Shown piece by piece: positions 51,701-64,000 of a stretch of DNA of 64,000 nucleotides; positions within the stretch are counted from its first letter, which is position 1; each line of letters starts with the position of its first letter. Both the position numbers and the translations under genes were made by a program. The notes beneath the pieces are model-generated. The model was not told where the DNA came from, did no database searches, and saw only the letters and a program-made list of their open reading frames with translations. This stretch comes from Saccostrea echinata (Eukaryota), in NCBI RefSeq assembly GCF_033153115.1, contig NW_026889779.1:18538001-18602000 (forward strand), read 5' to 3'.

Positions 51701-54700
51701 AATTAATAATTTAACATGCAGTCATTCAGTTGTTTTTTTATTGTAGGGACAACAACAAGGATTTATATATGTGTATATAAACATTGATTGTAATTATCTT
51801 GATTATTCTGCCTAATTTGGACTTCTGTTCAAAACTTAAATGTAGGAACTGTATAAAGTAATATCAATATTAGCAACTCACTACTATCATTATATAGTGT
51901 CTATTCCTTGTTCATTCCGGTCTTTAAATTATAAAAAATATACTTCTTAAAGTTTGACATAGCCACATCTGTAGCGAAATAACACCGTGTCATGACATAA
52001 TCTTAATTCTTCTAAGAGATCTGAATCTTTTTTTGTCTCGAAAGGGGGCCAGGAGAACGCTGCATGAAAAAATAATCCCTATTTCTCAGACATACTGCCA
52101 CCCCGCAAGACACAGAAACCGCCACCCCGAGCGTCGCATCGAGTTTGAAGCCTAAATTGGCTTACTTAGTAAAATATATTGACTTATAAAGTAGGATCGA
52201 AGTTTATTCTATCGTATTACTTTATTACTGTTCAAGATATAAGGAAAAAAACCTTCTGAGGTTAATTTTGAAACAGAATATTGTGTCAAAAGTCGAAAAC
52301 GTTGATACCCCGAAAAGTGAGGAGGAGTGTTTGAGAAAACGGAGCACTCTTATAGGCTGCTTTAAACGATCAGAGGTAGGTTGATATTTGCTCTCTTCCA
52401 TAGAATACAATTTTCTGATCTAACACGTCTGAAAATATGAAAAAAATTCAGGTTTAATCACCGTGTTGATGTTTTCTTCGCCTCGGTGCCGCCACCCCGA
52501 GTCACGCATTGCCGCCACCCCGAATGTACCGTTCTAACCGGTGTCCGATAACACAATAGATAAAATTATTATAGATAGGTCATTATATTATGACATGTAA
52601 CATTACATGAAGTATATCATATTTTTTTTTACTAGTTTGATTTGTAAATAGGAAGACATACATGAATACATGCACTATTTTTGTGCTCGAACATTCAGGG
52701 ATGTAATTAAGACTTTTGAAAATGGGAACTTAAAACTTGCTGTTTTAACTGTTTATATGCTGTAAAAGGCAATCTCTGCCCAGAGTTATCGTACCCGCTA
52801 CGTAGCGAAGCGTAATACACCCTCTGGTGAGAGATTGTGTAAAAGGATGTATAACTATAACGCATGTTGACATGTTGCAAACCCGCCTCTGTCGATTTCT
52901 TAGAAGTTATTTATAGAGTCCCTAACGGATTGAATTCCCTAGATTATCGTTTGTTTAGTAAATGCTGTAGAATGGTTTTTGCTTTTTGGTTTGGCTTGTT
53001 AATGATAAATAGGAATTTGAAACGTTAGATGTTTCGCAGAGTATCGAAACATGATCAGCAGCGAATCATATTATCACCCGTTTAAATAAGTGAATGCGTT
53101 TTGTTACCTTAGTTGCTGTGTTTTGACATGTGTTCTTCAATTTTTGTGTGCTCATATGGACAAATCACCAACCAACTTCAGGGGGGGGGGGGGGGGGACT
53201 GGCCAATCATGAAGACATCAAGAGAAAAATGGCCTATCGCCATGTTCACTTTAGCCTTCACTTTAGACTTACGACGGGTATCTATTTCTCTTAAGATTTA
53301 AGGTCGATTTTAAGATTAATGTAAGATTAACGTAAGATATGAGAGATTAAGTCTTACGATAAGAAAGTTTTGTAGGCATCTAAATATCAATTATCTGAGA
53401 CCCCCCCCCCCTCCTACACCCCGATACCACGTACCTGTTTTTACAACGATACCACGTACCTGTTTTTACCCCGATACCACGTACCTGTTTTTAGCCCGAT
53501 ACTCCGTGCATGCCTTTATTACTGATTTAAAAATTTAAAAGCGCCTGTACTTCACTTCTACAGGAAACTGTTTGTTTTCCTTAAATTCTTTCTGTTTGCA
53601 TTAAATGCAAGCCAATTTTCTCTTAATGATCTGTAAACAAGCAAAACAAAAACAACAACAACCAAAAAAGCGGTATCTACCGACACAGACTTTCGATACT
53701 GCAAAATACTGGCTTTCGACTGTGATACTTCTATTGAAAATTGATAGTTTAACAAAAAATAAGTAGATCCAAACGATTTTTCAATCATAATCAAACCACA
53801 AAATATATCCTTTAGATTCACCACTAGATAACCTGTATACATGCGAACATGATACGTGTGTGCATAAGTAACCCAAAAACAAGTCTTTATGAATCACAGC
53901 AAAGGATAATCGCGGAATATTTTCTAAGGAAGGGAAATTCTGCAAGGAAAAAAGTTACCTGGTTTTATGTACAAACATATATTCATAAAGTTTTAAAAGG
54001 AATACCTCTTCTTAAAGGACGGAGGTGTGGGGTGATTAACACCCCCCCCCCCAACCACCCACGCTGGCTTGCTAAATATGCCAGTGCAGTGAACCCGATC
54101 TTTCAGCCCATTGCTCAGTTTGTTCATAAGGTTCACCTTTATTTTATTCCTGCATTTCAGAGGCCAAGGAAGTGTTCGATCTTTTTGATTTCTGGGACGG
54201 TCGTGACGGAGTGGTTGATGCTGCCGCCATTGGTGACGTCATCAGATGTGTGGGTCTGAACCCAACCTTGGAAATCGTCAAAAAGAATGGCGGAACATCC
54301 AAAATGGGTAAGCTAATGGTTATTGATAATAAATATTTAGACTCCTGAGAAAAAGTTTATTTTTGCGATAAATTTTAACAAAGATTAATCAATTTTCAAA
54401 GTTAAAAAACAATATGCACTGCCAATAAAATGACTAATGATTTTAACTGTTTAAACTTTATATAATGATCAATGATCTAGTTCTCGACGATTAAAATTTT
54501 TGCCTGCTCTTTTTACATACTTAGTGCGTTATCAATTTCAGGTGAAAAATCTTACAAATTCGAAGAGTTCCTGCCAATCTTCGAGACTGTCATGAACACC
54601 TTAGAACAGGGAACCTTCGCGGACTACATGGAGGCCTTCAAAACTTTCGACAGGGAGGGGCAAGGTTACATTTCTGGTGCTGAGCTTCGACACCTCCTCT

Positions 54701-56455
54701 CCTCACTTGGTAAGCCCCCCCCCCCCCTCGCGAAATATGATTAAGGACCCCTCTTATACACTGCACACTGAAGAATTTCAAGTTTCAAGTTTTTTTAAGT
54801 TTCAAGTTTTTAAGACAAAGACCCCAACTGGGGTATATGAATGCAAATGATACAACAAAATAACATACAAGCATGAAATGAGTGGCACTAATGTTAATTA
54901 CTATATACATGTATAGTTCAAAACTTCAAAGTATAGAAGGCCTCTGCTAGTATTAAATAAATCTATATGTATTACAACATATATCAATTCTGTGGTGAGT
55001 TTTTTTTAGAGTAAGAGTGATCTGACCTTAGATCTACAATAAATGAATTGACCTCTTTCTTTCATACACTGCATTTATTTACTTAATTATTTAATTTGTA
55101 ATCAATTCATGCACCTATAATAATTAAATACTTTATTTGCATGCACTTTCCGTAATCAAATAAGCATCACGGATTTCTTTACATCAATAATTGTTGTCTT
55201 TAAACATTTCCCTTGTGTAAATGGCTCGTACTCTTTGTTGAAATGAAGTAGATAAACTCAATATTAACGATTTTATACCACGTGTATAAAGAGTTTATAT
55301 AGGCGACTCTTCACCCAGTCAGAGAGAGAATCAAAGTTGTGTATATAGGTAAACCAAAAAAAGTATAAATATGCAATAAATGTTATGTGCAATTATTCAC
55401 AATCAGTACACAATTAACGATTTACTTTTGTCCTATCATGGACTATCATATATGAGGACGTATGCTAGTATAGTAATCGGACCTTGAGCCTCTTGCTTTA
55501 ATTTTGCAATATTCACGGCAAACATAGTTAAAATTTTATTTCGCAAAATAGACATAAAGGGTTATTTGAGTATTTTAAGAAAAAGAGTCTATTGATTTAA
55601 GTTAAATCAATACTCTTTTTCTTAAAATACTCAAATAACCCTTTATGTCTATTTTGCGAAATAATATGTTTGCCGTGAATATTGATGTCAACGAATATTC
55701 GAACATTCGAATATTCATTCGATGAGTTGATATTCGAATATAAATTTAAGATTCGAATATTCGGTGTTTTACAGATTTCTTAATAAATTTTGATTAACCT
55801 TAAGTCATTTAAGGTAACAATATAATTATTTTTTACCGTAAGCTTTTGTATTATGCATGCGTATTGCATTAGATTTAATCTCTAAAAAGGGCATTTTTTT
55901 AAAAAATTGAAACAACGTTTTTGTCTTGATCAGGTGAGCGTTTGACAGATGACCAGGTGGACACAATCATCCGAAACACAGATTTACAGGAAGATCTGGA
56001 GGGAAACGTCAAATATGAGGGTACGTTATATAGGGTAGTCAAAGTGAAACAGAATATTAGAGCAAATCTAGCCAGGGACAGTCAATTCCGACGGGTTTAT
56101 ATTAATGTTCCTTCTCGTTGACCTGAAGAATTATTTCGCTATTTTCGTTGTATTTATAGAAGTGGAAAAAATGTCCATTCAATGTAGAGCCCATTTTTGC
56201 TAGCCAAGTTTTCCGATCCGAAATCTACTCCGATAGGAATATCATGTTGTAAATTTTGAATTTATTAGGGGGATGTTGTAAATTTTGCATTTACCTCCCC
56301 CTAGTAAATTCAAAATTTACAACATGATAGGAAACTCATTCTAATTGGCTTGTGAAATGTTGTAAAACCCTGTATCATTGTTAGTTTTCTAAAGTTCATT
56401 TATTTATTTTGCAGAATTCATCAAGAAAGTGATGGCCGGACCTTACCCCGACTAG
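48714..56455 (+). CDS. Myosin essential light chain (molluscan Ca2+-binding type), copy 1, 157 aa, 6 coding exons
   Basis: Exons 48714-48716, 49063-49090, 54161-54307, 54542-54709, 55934-56020 and 56415-56455, all GT-AG and in phase (474 nt). Protein [30 protein letters not shown]...[28 protein letters not shown]...[26 protein letters not shown] matches scallop ELC motifs. AATAAA at 56715-56720. Confidence 0.96.
50175..52543. mobile_element. Fold-back DNA transposon with ~926-bp TIRs, CAC termini and 5-bp TSD (Transib-like signature)
   Basis: Left arm 50175-51440 and right arm 51618-52543 are reverse complements. Ends CACCGGGTAGAAC / GTTCTAACCGGTG. TCCGA directly repeated at 50170-74 and 52544-48. 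Subterminal CGGGGTGGCGG repeats. Confidence 0.9.
50824..51161. mobile_element. MITE inserted in the left arm of the fold-back element
   Basis: TIR CAGG(A/T)ACGTAGC with poly-G/poly-C subterminal runs. Absent from the corresponding position of the right arm (~51895). Confidence 0.8.
53420..53510. repeat. ~25-bp tandem repeat, 3-4 copies
   Basis: cgataccacgtacctgttttt repeated. Confidence 0.8.
55507..55684. repeat. Near-perfect ~180-bp palindrome in ELC intron 4
   Basis: caatattcacggcaaacata..gatttaa-g-ttaaatc..tatgtttgccgtgaatattg. Confidence 0.9.
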
Positions 56456-57769
56456 ACGTTATTGAAAAAGAAATCTTTAAAATAACACATATTCAAAAAA
56501 CATTTACAATTTTATACAGCAATGGTCATTAACTTTTTCACGTGGAAGTTACAAGTCTCATTGACGGATTTTCAAAGGCTAGATATTGTGTTTCTGTGTG
56601 TTACTCCGACAGACTAAACTTAAATTCTGAACATGCGCACTGGAGATGTTTTAATCACTGGAAGTGTTATAAAAACGAATGGATTTTTTTCCCTTCATTT
56701 TGTGATGTTATTTGAATAAATCTGCTTCTTAACGGATAACAGTTCATCAATCATTGCGTCATGTGACTGTTTTGTACAGTTTGTTCGAAAGTTGACACGT
56801 ATAGAAGAATGGAGATCCTCTTTGCATCCTCTGCTGAGTGAATATCGCACTATCTTTTTATAAACTTAACTCTCGTCAGAATGTATCTTTTTTAACGTGT
56901 GTTTTTAAAGAAATCAATTTCATTCCAAGAAGGACATGGGATTTACCAAAACTGATAAAGAAGCTTAAACGATGAATTGACATATTTTGTATTTATATGT
57001 AAATTATAGTAATATATAGATTAATAATAAAATGCTGCACTATTTCTCGGTGTTTTTTTTTTATATGAGAAAAGGAACTTGTCATATTGCGTGATTTCAT
57101 ATTCTACATGTAAAAGTGCTGCATAAAAGAAATTACATTGGCGGATCTAGAGGGGGGTTCCGGGGGCTGGAACCCCCCCCCCCCTTTATTTTTGCACAGA
57201 AAGAGAGAGGGATTTCTGTAATATAGATAATTTAACGTCTAATATTTTGAATAAAATAAGTAGTTCAATCTCTGCCCTTTCTGCTCGCTAGATAAAGTGT
57301 CCCGTATTCCATCCTCCAGGTACCTTCAGAACTTTGGCCCAGAGAACTACAAATCCACGTACTGTGAAAAACTGCGACACCTTTTTGTCGCAAGTGTATT
57401 TTACATCACTCGCATTATACGTATTACCCTGCCTAAAGCATGTATCGGTTAATAGAACATATATATTTTAATCCTATTCTTGTTACTTCGTTTACCTTCC
57501 CAGGATTCCTAGCTGCACTCTTTGACGTTGAATGTGCGATAAAGGGGCATAACTCTAACAAGCGTTTTAGCTGCCAGTATTGTGGGAGTGTAATAAGCAA
57601 ATCTAAAGCATTTTGGTCCCCCGCTTTCGGTGTCTTAGTGGATGGGATGCCATTATTTATGGCATATTGTAACTGTCTTGTTTGTGTGTCTTGTCTTGTC
57701 TGTGCATTATACAAAAAAGACATAAATTGTTGAATAAATAACAGTTTTGGCAAAGATTATAGCCTCTCA

Positions 57770-58790
57770 AAACTACATCAAACTTCAAGATCAAGGTCAT
57801 GAGGTGAAATATAATAAAATCCGAAAGGTCTTGTCACAAGTAATACAAATGAAAAAATATATATGCATATAAAAACCAGAGTACATGCACAATCTGAAAG
57901 ATCTTGAAACAGGTAATGCACATATCAAATGTAAATGCCATATCTTCTCTCAATCAAAAGTTATTAGCAATGTTAAAATTTTTGAAAATTAGGTCAAACT
58001 TCAAGGTCAAGGTCATGGGATTTGATATCATAGTATATCTGGAAATGCTTGTCACAGGTAATGCACGTGTCAAATATGAATTTCCTATCTTTGCTCCTTC
58101 AAAAGTTAGCAACACTGATGAAATAATTGAAAATTAGGTCAAACTTGAGGGTCAAGGTCACGGGGTCAAATATCATAGCACATTCAGAAACATTTTGACA
58201 CAGGTAATGCACTTGTCAAAATGGAACGCCCATTCATGTGCCATTCAAAAGTAATCAACGAAGTTAAAATTTTTGAAAATTAGGGCAAACAGGGTCAAGG
58301 GGTCAAAAATCATAGCATGCATTGAAACACCTTACCACTGGTAATGCACATGTCAAATATGAAAGCCCTATCTATTCTCAATCTAAAGTTATAAGTAAAA
58401 ATAAAAATTTTGAAAAGTAGGCCAAAGTCATGGGATCAAAAACCATAGTATATTTGGAAAGGTCTTGTCACAGGTAATGCATATGTATAATATGAAATCC
58501 ATAATATCTTTTCTCATTCAAATCTTATGACCAATTTAAAGTAATGTTAAAATTATTGAAAAGTAGGTCAAACCTCAACGTCACGGGGTCAAAAAACATA
58601 GTATATTTGGAAATGTCTTGTCACAGGTAATGTACATGTAAAATATGAAAGCCCTGTCTCTTCTCATTCAAAAGTTATGTTTTTGTGACAGACAGACAGA
58701 CAGCTAGACAGACAACTAGACTGACAGACGGACAGACTGACAGACGAATGAGATTTAATGTCCCCTCGCTTTCGCGAAAGCAGGGGACAA
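57770..58790. mobile_element. Pearl/CvA-like Helentron-associated element with ~145-bp tandem core and (ACAG)n microsatellite
   Basis: aggtcaaactt..ggtca..tgtcacaggtaatgca units at ~57991, 58136, 58282, 58419 and 58565. gaca/gacg repeat at 58687-58745. Terminal hairpin gtcccctcgctttcgcgaaagcaggggacaa. Confidence 0.8.
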
Positions 58791-60102
58791 TTGCAAAAAA
58801 ACTGTTGTAATTCGGAAAACTGAAGATGGATGAATCTGTTGCTCTGCGATATATCTGTCCGCGAATTTCATCTCCAAGAGCGTCTAGTTTTGTAGCTTGT
58901 TGTACGAACATCTTAGAGGGAAGAATTAAGGAGACAGATCGTCAAAGACTTACAGTGTATCAAAAGCACATTTATATATATATATATATATATATACTAT
59001 GAACAGAAAATCTACCAAAAACTGTATTGAAGTACTTGTAGTAAACTTATGTCCTCAGGTTGGAGGAATAAAAAAAATTATACCCCAGTTTTATTCCGTC
59101 GAATTAAAAGGTCTGTGTCTTAAGGAATTGAGGAAGATACATATATGGTAAAATTAATAATCAATGGATAATTAAGACATTATAGAAGGTGACCACTGAT
59201 TCTTCATCTTAATCCCTAGTCTGAGGAACAGTTATCCTTTTTGTTGACAATTTCTGTAAACTTTTGAATTAGTCACTAAAAGCAGTGAGTATTAATGTAT
59301 GTGTGAAGGATAGAAAGGTTTATTTACAAACAGAGGACCGAGGATAGTAATGCGCTGATTAATCTAATAAATTAGAAACCACGATCATGCAGTGATAATT
59401 TTACTGGAAAATATGATAGACAGACAAAGTATTGGTCAGACATATGGTTGACTGTGCCAGATTGACGGAAATCCTATACATCAGATTATGGTTTCATTTT
59501 TGATATGGAGATGGTATCTCTCCAGACAGAGCTTCAAGCTGAACTGCATTAATCCATTTTCTTTACGAGTGTGTTAGAAATAGTAGGGGTCAAGCTACTT
59601 TGAATCATACAAGGACGGTTATCGCTTCTATCACCAAGAATAATGCATAGTGTAGTAAACTGATAGACCACTCTCTGACCACGGAAGAGTTTTGTTTTAG
59701 TGGTGTTGAGCTGGAGGGTTACAATGTTGATGTATACATGTAGCTCCAATCGCTGCAAATCAAGTCTGACTTACTTCGCCCAGGCACTGTCCCGTAGTAC
59801 TATAATGTAATTTTGCGGGAAAGTTTTCTTTTTTAACATTTATTTAAAAATGAATTTGATCTTTTTAAAAAGAACTTAGAGTATTTTTATGCAAGCCATT
59901 TTTATTTTTTTTTAGGTTGCAAAACAATTAAAATCAGCTTCTTTTTTTGGTCTTAGTCTTAATTTCTTTCGTTCCTGAATCGTGAATATTCATGTGTTTT
60001 GAACACATTTTATTGATATTATAACGGAATTGGACACAAGAACTAATGATAACTTAAGTATTCCTCTCCACATGTTCTCTATTCATGTATTATGACATCT
60101 GC

Positions 60103-60143
<41 letters not shown>

Positions 60144-61439
60144 TTAAACATCCAGGGTTAAAAATTCAGATCATGGTCATAAGAGAAAGATTTCATAATT
60201 TATTCACAGATTGATAACGAAGTTGAAACTGACCTGACGCAGAGAGAAACAATCAATTCATCCCCTAGAAATTGGACACATTTACAAAGCATGCTTTTTC
60301 CAGCTGTAAACATCTATCGGAGCCAACAAATAAAAACAAATCTGTTGTTTTTGTTTGTTGATAAATCTCTTTTTTGCGTACAGTTTGCCAGAAATTCATT
60401 TACTGAATTCAATTATGTAATAAAATATTTGTTGATTTTATAAGATGTGGCGCATATTACCCAAATAAAATAGCTTCATGCATGCGCGTGCGGGGGATCA
60501 AGTATCAATGAATTCCCCGACATGCGCCCACGAGTCTTCGATCTGGTATTAATTATCTGCAGGAGGAAGAGTTCATTTTAGGTGGCTTTTCGGAATGTCT
60601 CGACATCGATACAGTGTTGCCATATGTAGCGCCCCCGACAGGGGGTCATCACGAGCCATCACCAGGTGGTATTCCATCACCGGTAAATCCCGAGACCATC
60701 TCCAGGTGGCATTCTGTCAAAGGTAAAGCCCGAGACGTTTTTATCGGGGAAAAGATACCAAAATCTTTGTGTTGTTTTTACAAAGAAACATGCACTATCC
60801 AATAAAGATATAATCGGTTCTGAGGTCACCTATTATTAAAACAAAAGACGCAGAATCATTTCCAGTGTGTTCCAAGTCGTGTAAACATAGCGCCAGGAGA
60901 TATTTTTGACTGCAATATTGGTTCCTTCCGTCCCGCAGTCTGCGCAGTGCAGCAATACATTGCAGCCCTGCCATATATGTCATAAGCCCCATCTTTTTTT
61001 TTTAAATCATGACCACTAAATAAGAATTTCATAAACAAACTAGGATTTATGTCATTTTTTTTTTTAAAAATGCAAGATTTTTTTTTCTTTGCAAAAAACT
61101 TTCGATCCATGTAGCGAAAAAACTTTTTTTTTTAAACAGGTAAAACTATGCTTAGACTTACTATTTTTTAATGTAATCTTTTATAAAAAATAAAAGCTAT
61201 ATTCAACAATACTACGCATTTACTAATTGCAAATTGTGAAACGCAGATAAAAAGATAATTATGCTAATTAATAACGCTGCGCCAAAACACATGTAAGGGT
61301 ACACTCCACCCCTTTCTGTGAAATGAGATCGCCCAATGTAGGTAAAGCCATAAGTGCTCGGAATGATCTACAGTTACTAGGCATTCCGATCTTGATCTAG
61401 AAGCATTCACATCGGGCAGCGGTGCGATAGATAAGCAAG

Positions 61440-63723
61440 ATGGTAAGTAAAAACTGACTTTTATTTCTTTATGTACTCACGTACTTGCCTGTTACGATTT
61501 ACTTACAGCTCAGCATCGGCTTCTGTATGATTGATGATTTCGATAAGGTTTTTCTGTTTTACAGTGTACATGTCTTTATCAAGGTTACAGAGCTTGCAAG
61601 ATGCGCACTAATTGTGTAAAAAATGAATGCATAAAAGAGGGGGGTTTTGGGCCTTAATTTCTTTTATATTTAAGTGTTCGCACATAGAAATTACTGAAAA
61701 CTTACCTATTCTTTTTTTTTCATTTTAGATTTATAAATAAATGTACACATATATGTTCCATAATTCATTGCATGCTATCAAGTTTATCTTTGAGGCATTG
61801 AAAATTCTTAAATAATAAAAATGCAATGTTTGTATCCAGGAATGGATAACACGTTATATATTTTACAATACTAAACACGTGCATGTGAAAGTTGTATTTA
61901 CACGTGAGCATTGTTATATTTCAGTCCAAACTTTCCAAAGAAGAAATTGAAGGTATGGAGAGTTGTCCCGTGTGATAAATTAATTTTCTTCCTCTTAACA
62001 GCATGGATTCTGTTTCTTAAAAGGAATCTAGAAAATCTCAGACACTTGTGTGCAATGTGAAAAACTATAGAGAAGGATTTACTCCAAGATAAATCGAACT
62101 TTATAACGCATGCGCAATTTTCTATTAAACATAAATATTTTCTTTCTTATGGTAAATTTAACAATATGAAAGAATTATATTACGACGGAGAAATTCTGGC
62201 ATGTGTAAAACATTCTCAGCGGGGGGCATACATCTTCACTGACGATTACGTCACTGTAATTAATGCAGAACGTATACAGTTGAGAAAAATATGCGAGGCA
62301 TATGGAAATAATTTGGCGTTAGGAATCATATGTCTGAGATTGAGGTTGATATGCAAAAATAAATAACTAAATTAAGATAAATAATAATACTTGAAAATAA
62401 AAGATTAAAAGCCAGTTTGAGAGGGGTTAAGGGAGAAAACAATTGAGGAAATATATCCCTTGATATATAAACTTTACATTTATTTATAATGCTGTAGTTC
62501 GCATTTTCCTAATCTGAAAAACAGAGAAACGCTGCAAATACTCGAATGAAAAGAAACTTGTTGAGATTGGCAGCAGTTCAATTTATACCGTTTCCGCCGC
62601 CGGCCTTACAAGGAGAGCGCACCTACACACCACATGCGCGCACGCGCATTGTGCATTACTTTTATCTTCGCTGGATCTATGTGTAAAGATGGTGTGAATC
62701 AGTATCGTGTAACTGTTATCGCTTTCTGTTAGACAGAGGCATAGAATTGCAGAGGTGTAGGAAGGGGAAAAAATGCACGGGCACTTGTTTCTGTCATTTT
62801 TTCCCATAGAAATGAAAATACTGATAAACAAGTGCATGTGGAAAAATCTTAGACACAAAGAAGATTAGGAGAGATAGTGCTCGAGTGGGGAAGGGGAGAT
62901 AATGAAAAGGAAGTAAATTTTCAGGTTAAAATTTAAATAAATGTAATAAACTGCCTTAATTTGGAAAAATAAATATTTATTTTTAAAACCGCTATCATTT
63001 ATGCTTAATTAACCTATGCACCCATAAAAGCAATATTTTGATTTAGTCTAACATTTCAAGGAGAATCTGTCGTTCTTGTCTAAGAACTAAGGAACATGCT
63101 TGAATAAAATCACCCTAACACCCTAATATCCTTTCCAAATATTAAAGTTATCTTTTTGTTGATTAAATATACATGATACTGCTGACATGGTCATTTGGGT
63201 TTTGTCCATTATCATTTTAAACGGACGGACAGAATGCGTATTTTAACTTATGGTTCATGGACCCTCTGATAAGAGAGATAAATCTATCTGGGATAAAAGA
63301 CTTATTGTCAAGTTAAAAGGCCATTTCTGTCATTTTTGCCCCACGAGGTATGCTGAAATTGTATACATTTTACTTATGATAATAAGATTCATTAGAAATC
63401 ATTAACGTTAAAGCAAAATTTGATACATGTATGAGTGAACTGAACTCAGGGACGGTGAACCTTAAGATCACTTATACAGGGATCATGCTAATTACCGTAC
63501 TACCAACATTTCTCCTGATTCTTTAAATTTTTTTTATCGTTAATTAATTCTTAACGTACTGATTTGTAAATTTCAGAGGCCAAGGAAGTCTTTGAGCTTT
63601 TTGACTTCTGGGACGGTCGTGACGGAGAAGTCGATGCCGCCAAAATTGGTGACGTCTGCCGCTGTGTGGGTCTGAACCCCACCGTAGAGATCGTCGAAAA
63701 GAATGGCGGAACAAAAAAGATGG
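61440..63723 (+). CDS. Myosin essential light chain copy 2 (exons 1-3; gene continues beyond the window)
   Basis: Exons 61440-61442 (ATG|GTAAGT), 61925-61952 and 63577-63723. Protein [60 protein letters not shown]. Same exon sizes and phases as copy 1. Confidence 0.93.
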
Positions 63724-64000
63724 GTAAGGATAAAGAGATGGTAAATTTAGCTCGCAGATGAATTTGGCGGAAGGGAAGTTCTGATTTGGTTCATAGGAAA
63801 ATATGGATAGGAGGAAGGATTTAATGTAAGGAAGAAATTCGCAGACGGGTAATATTGAGAATAAGATGGAATTTGGTGGGTAGGAAAATATCTACGATCT
63901 TTTAAAAAAAGTTATTTTTTTAAATGATGTACTCCTATTTTTTGCTTTACTTTACTATAGAGAGCTGACCTAAAACAATCATAAAATTAAATTTCATTTG

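Noticed and set aside
50308-52410. Twin 61-aa ORFs MYS(T/M)EESKYQ.. on opposite strands
   Set aside because: A by-product of the long inverted repeat, with no coding features.
61440-63723. ELC copy 2 as an uncollapsed haplotype of copy 1
   Set aside because: Intron lengths and promoters differ, and exon 3 has many synonymous and non-synonymous differences, indicating an old paralog.

Overview
AT-rich eukaryotic (animal) genomic DNA, almost certainly a bivalve mollusc and probably an oyster. This rests on a scallop-type myosin essential light chain, a B-box/NHL TRIM gene, and Pearl/HINE, Penelope-like and tRNA-SINE repeats. From left to right: (1) a frameshifted TRIM/B-box-NHL-like gene (~1.5-3.2 kb, +). 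(2) A cluster of four minus-strand genes (A 9256-10816, B 11890-13309, C 22895-26600, D 34949-37908) that the ORF track misses as secreted proteins. Each has a 43-55 nt signal-peptide exon, a phase-1 intron and one large exon encoding an Arg/Pro/Gly/Asn-rich low-complexity protein. A and B are clear paralogs, and A, B and D end in Phe-Gly(-Lys). (3) An ~8.6 kb CACTA/EnSpm-like element (39845-48431). (4) Two tandem myosin essential light chain genes on the + strand. The first is complete (6 exons, 157 aa) and has a 2.4 kb fold-back transposon (CAC ends, 5-bp TSD) in intron 2. The second runs off the window end. Intergenic DNA is full of degraded Penelope-like RT fragments, a nested mariner, MITEs, SINEs and Helentron-associated repeats. 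There is one 142-N assembly gap. The most novel-looking system is the co-oriented, apparently co-regulated cluster of orphan secreted disordered proteins. These are candidate shell-matrix, cement or peptide-precursor genes, but their function is inference only.
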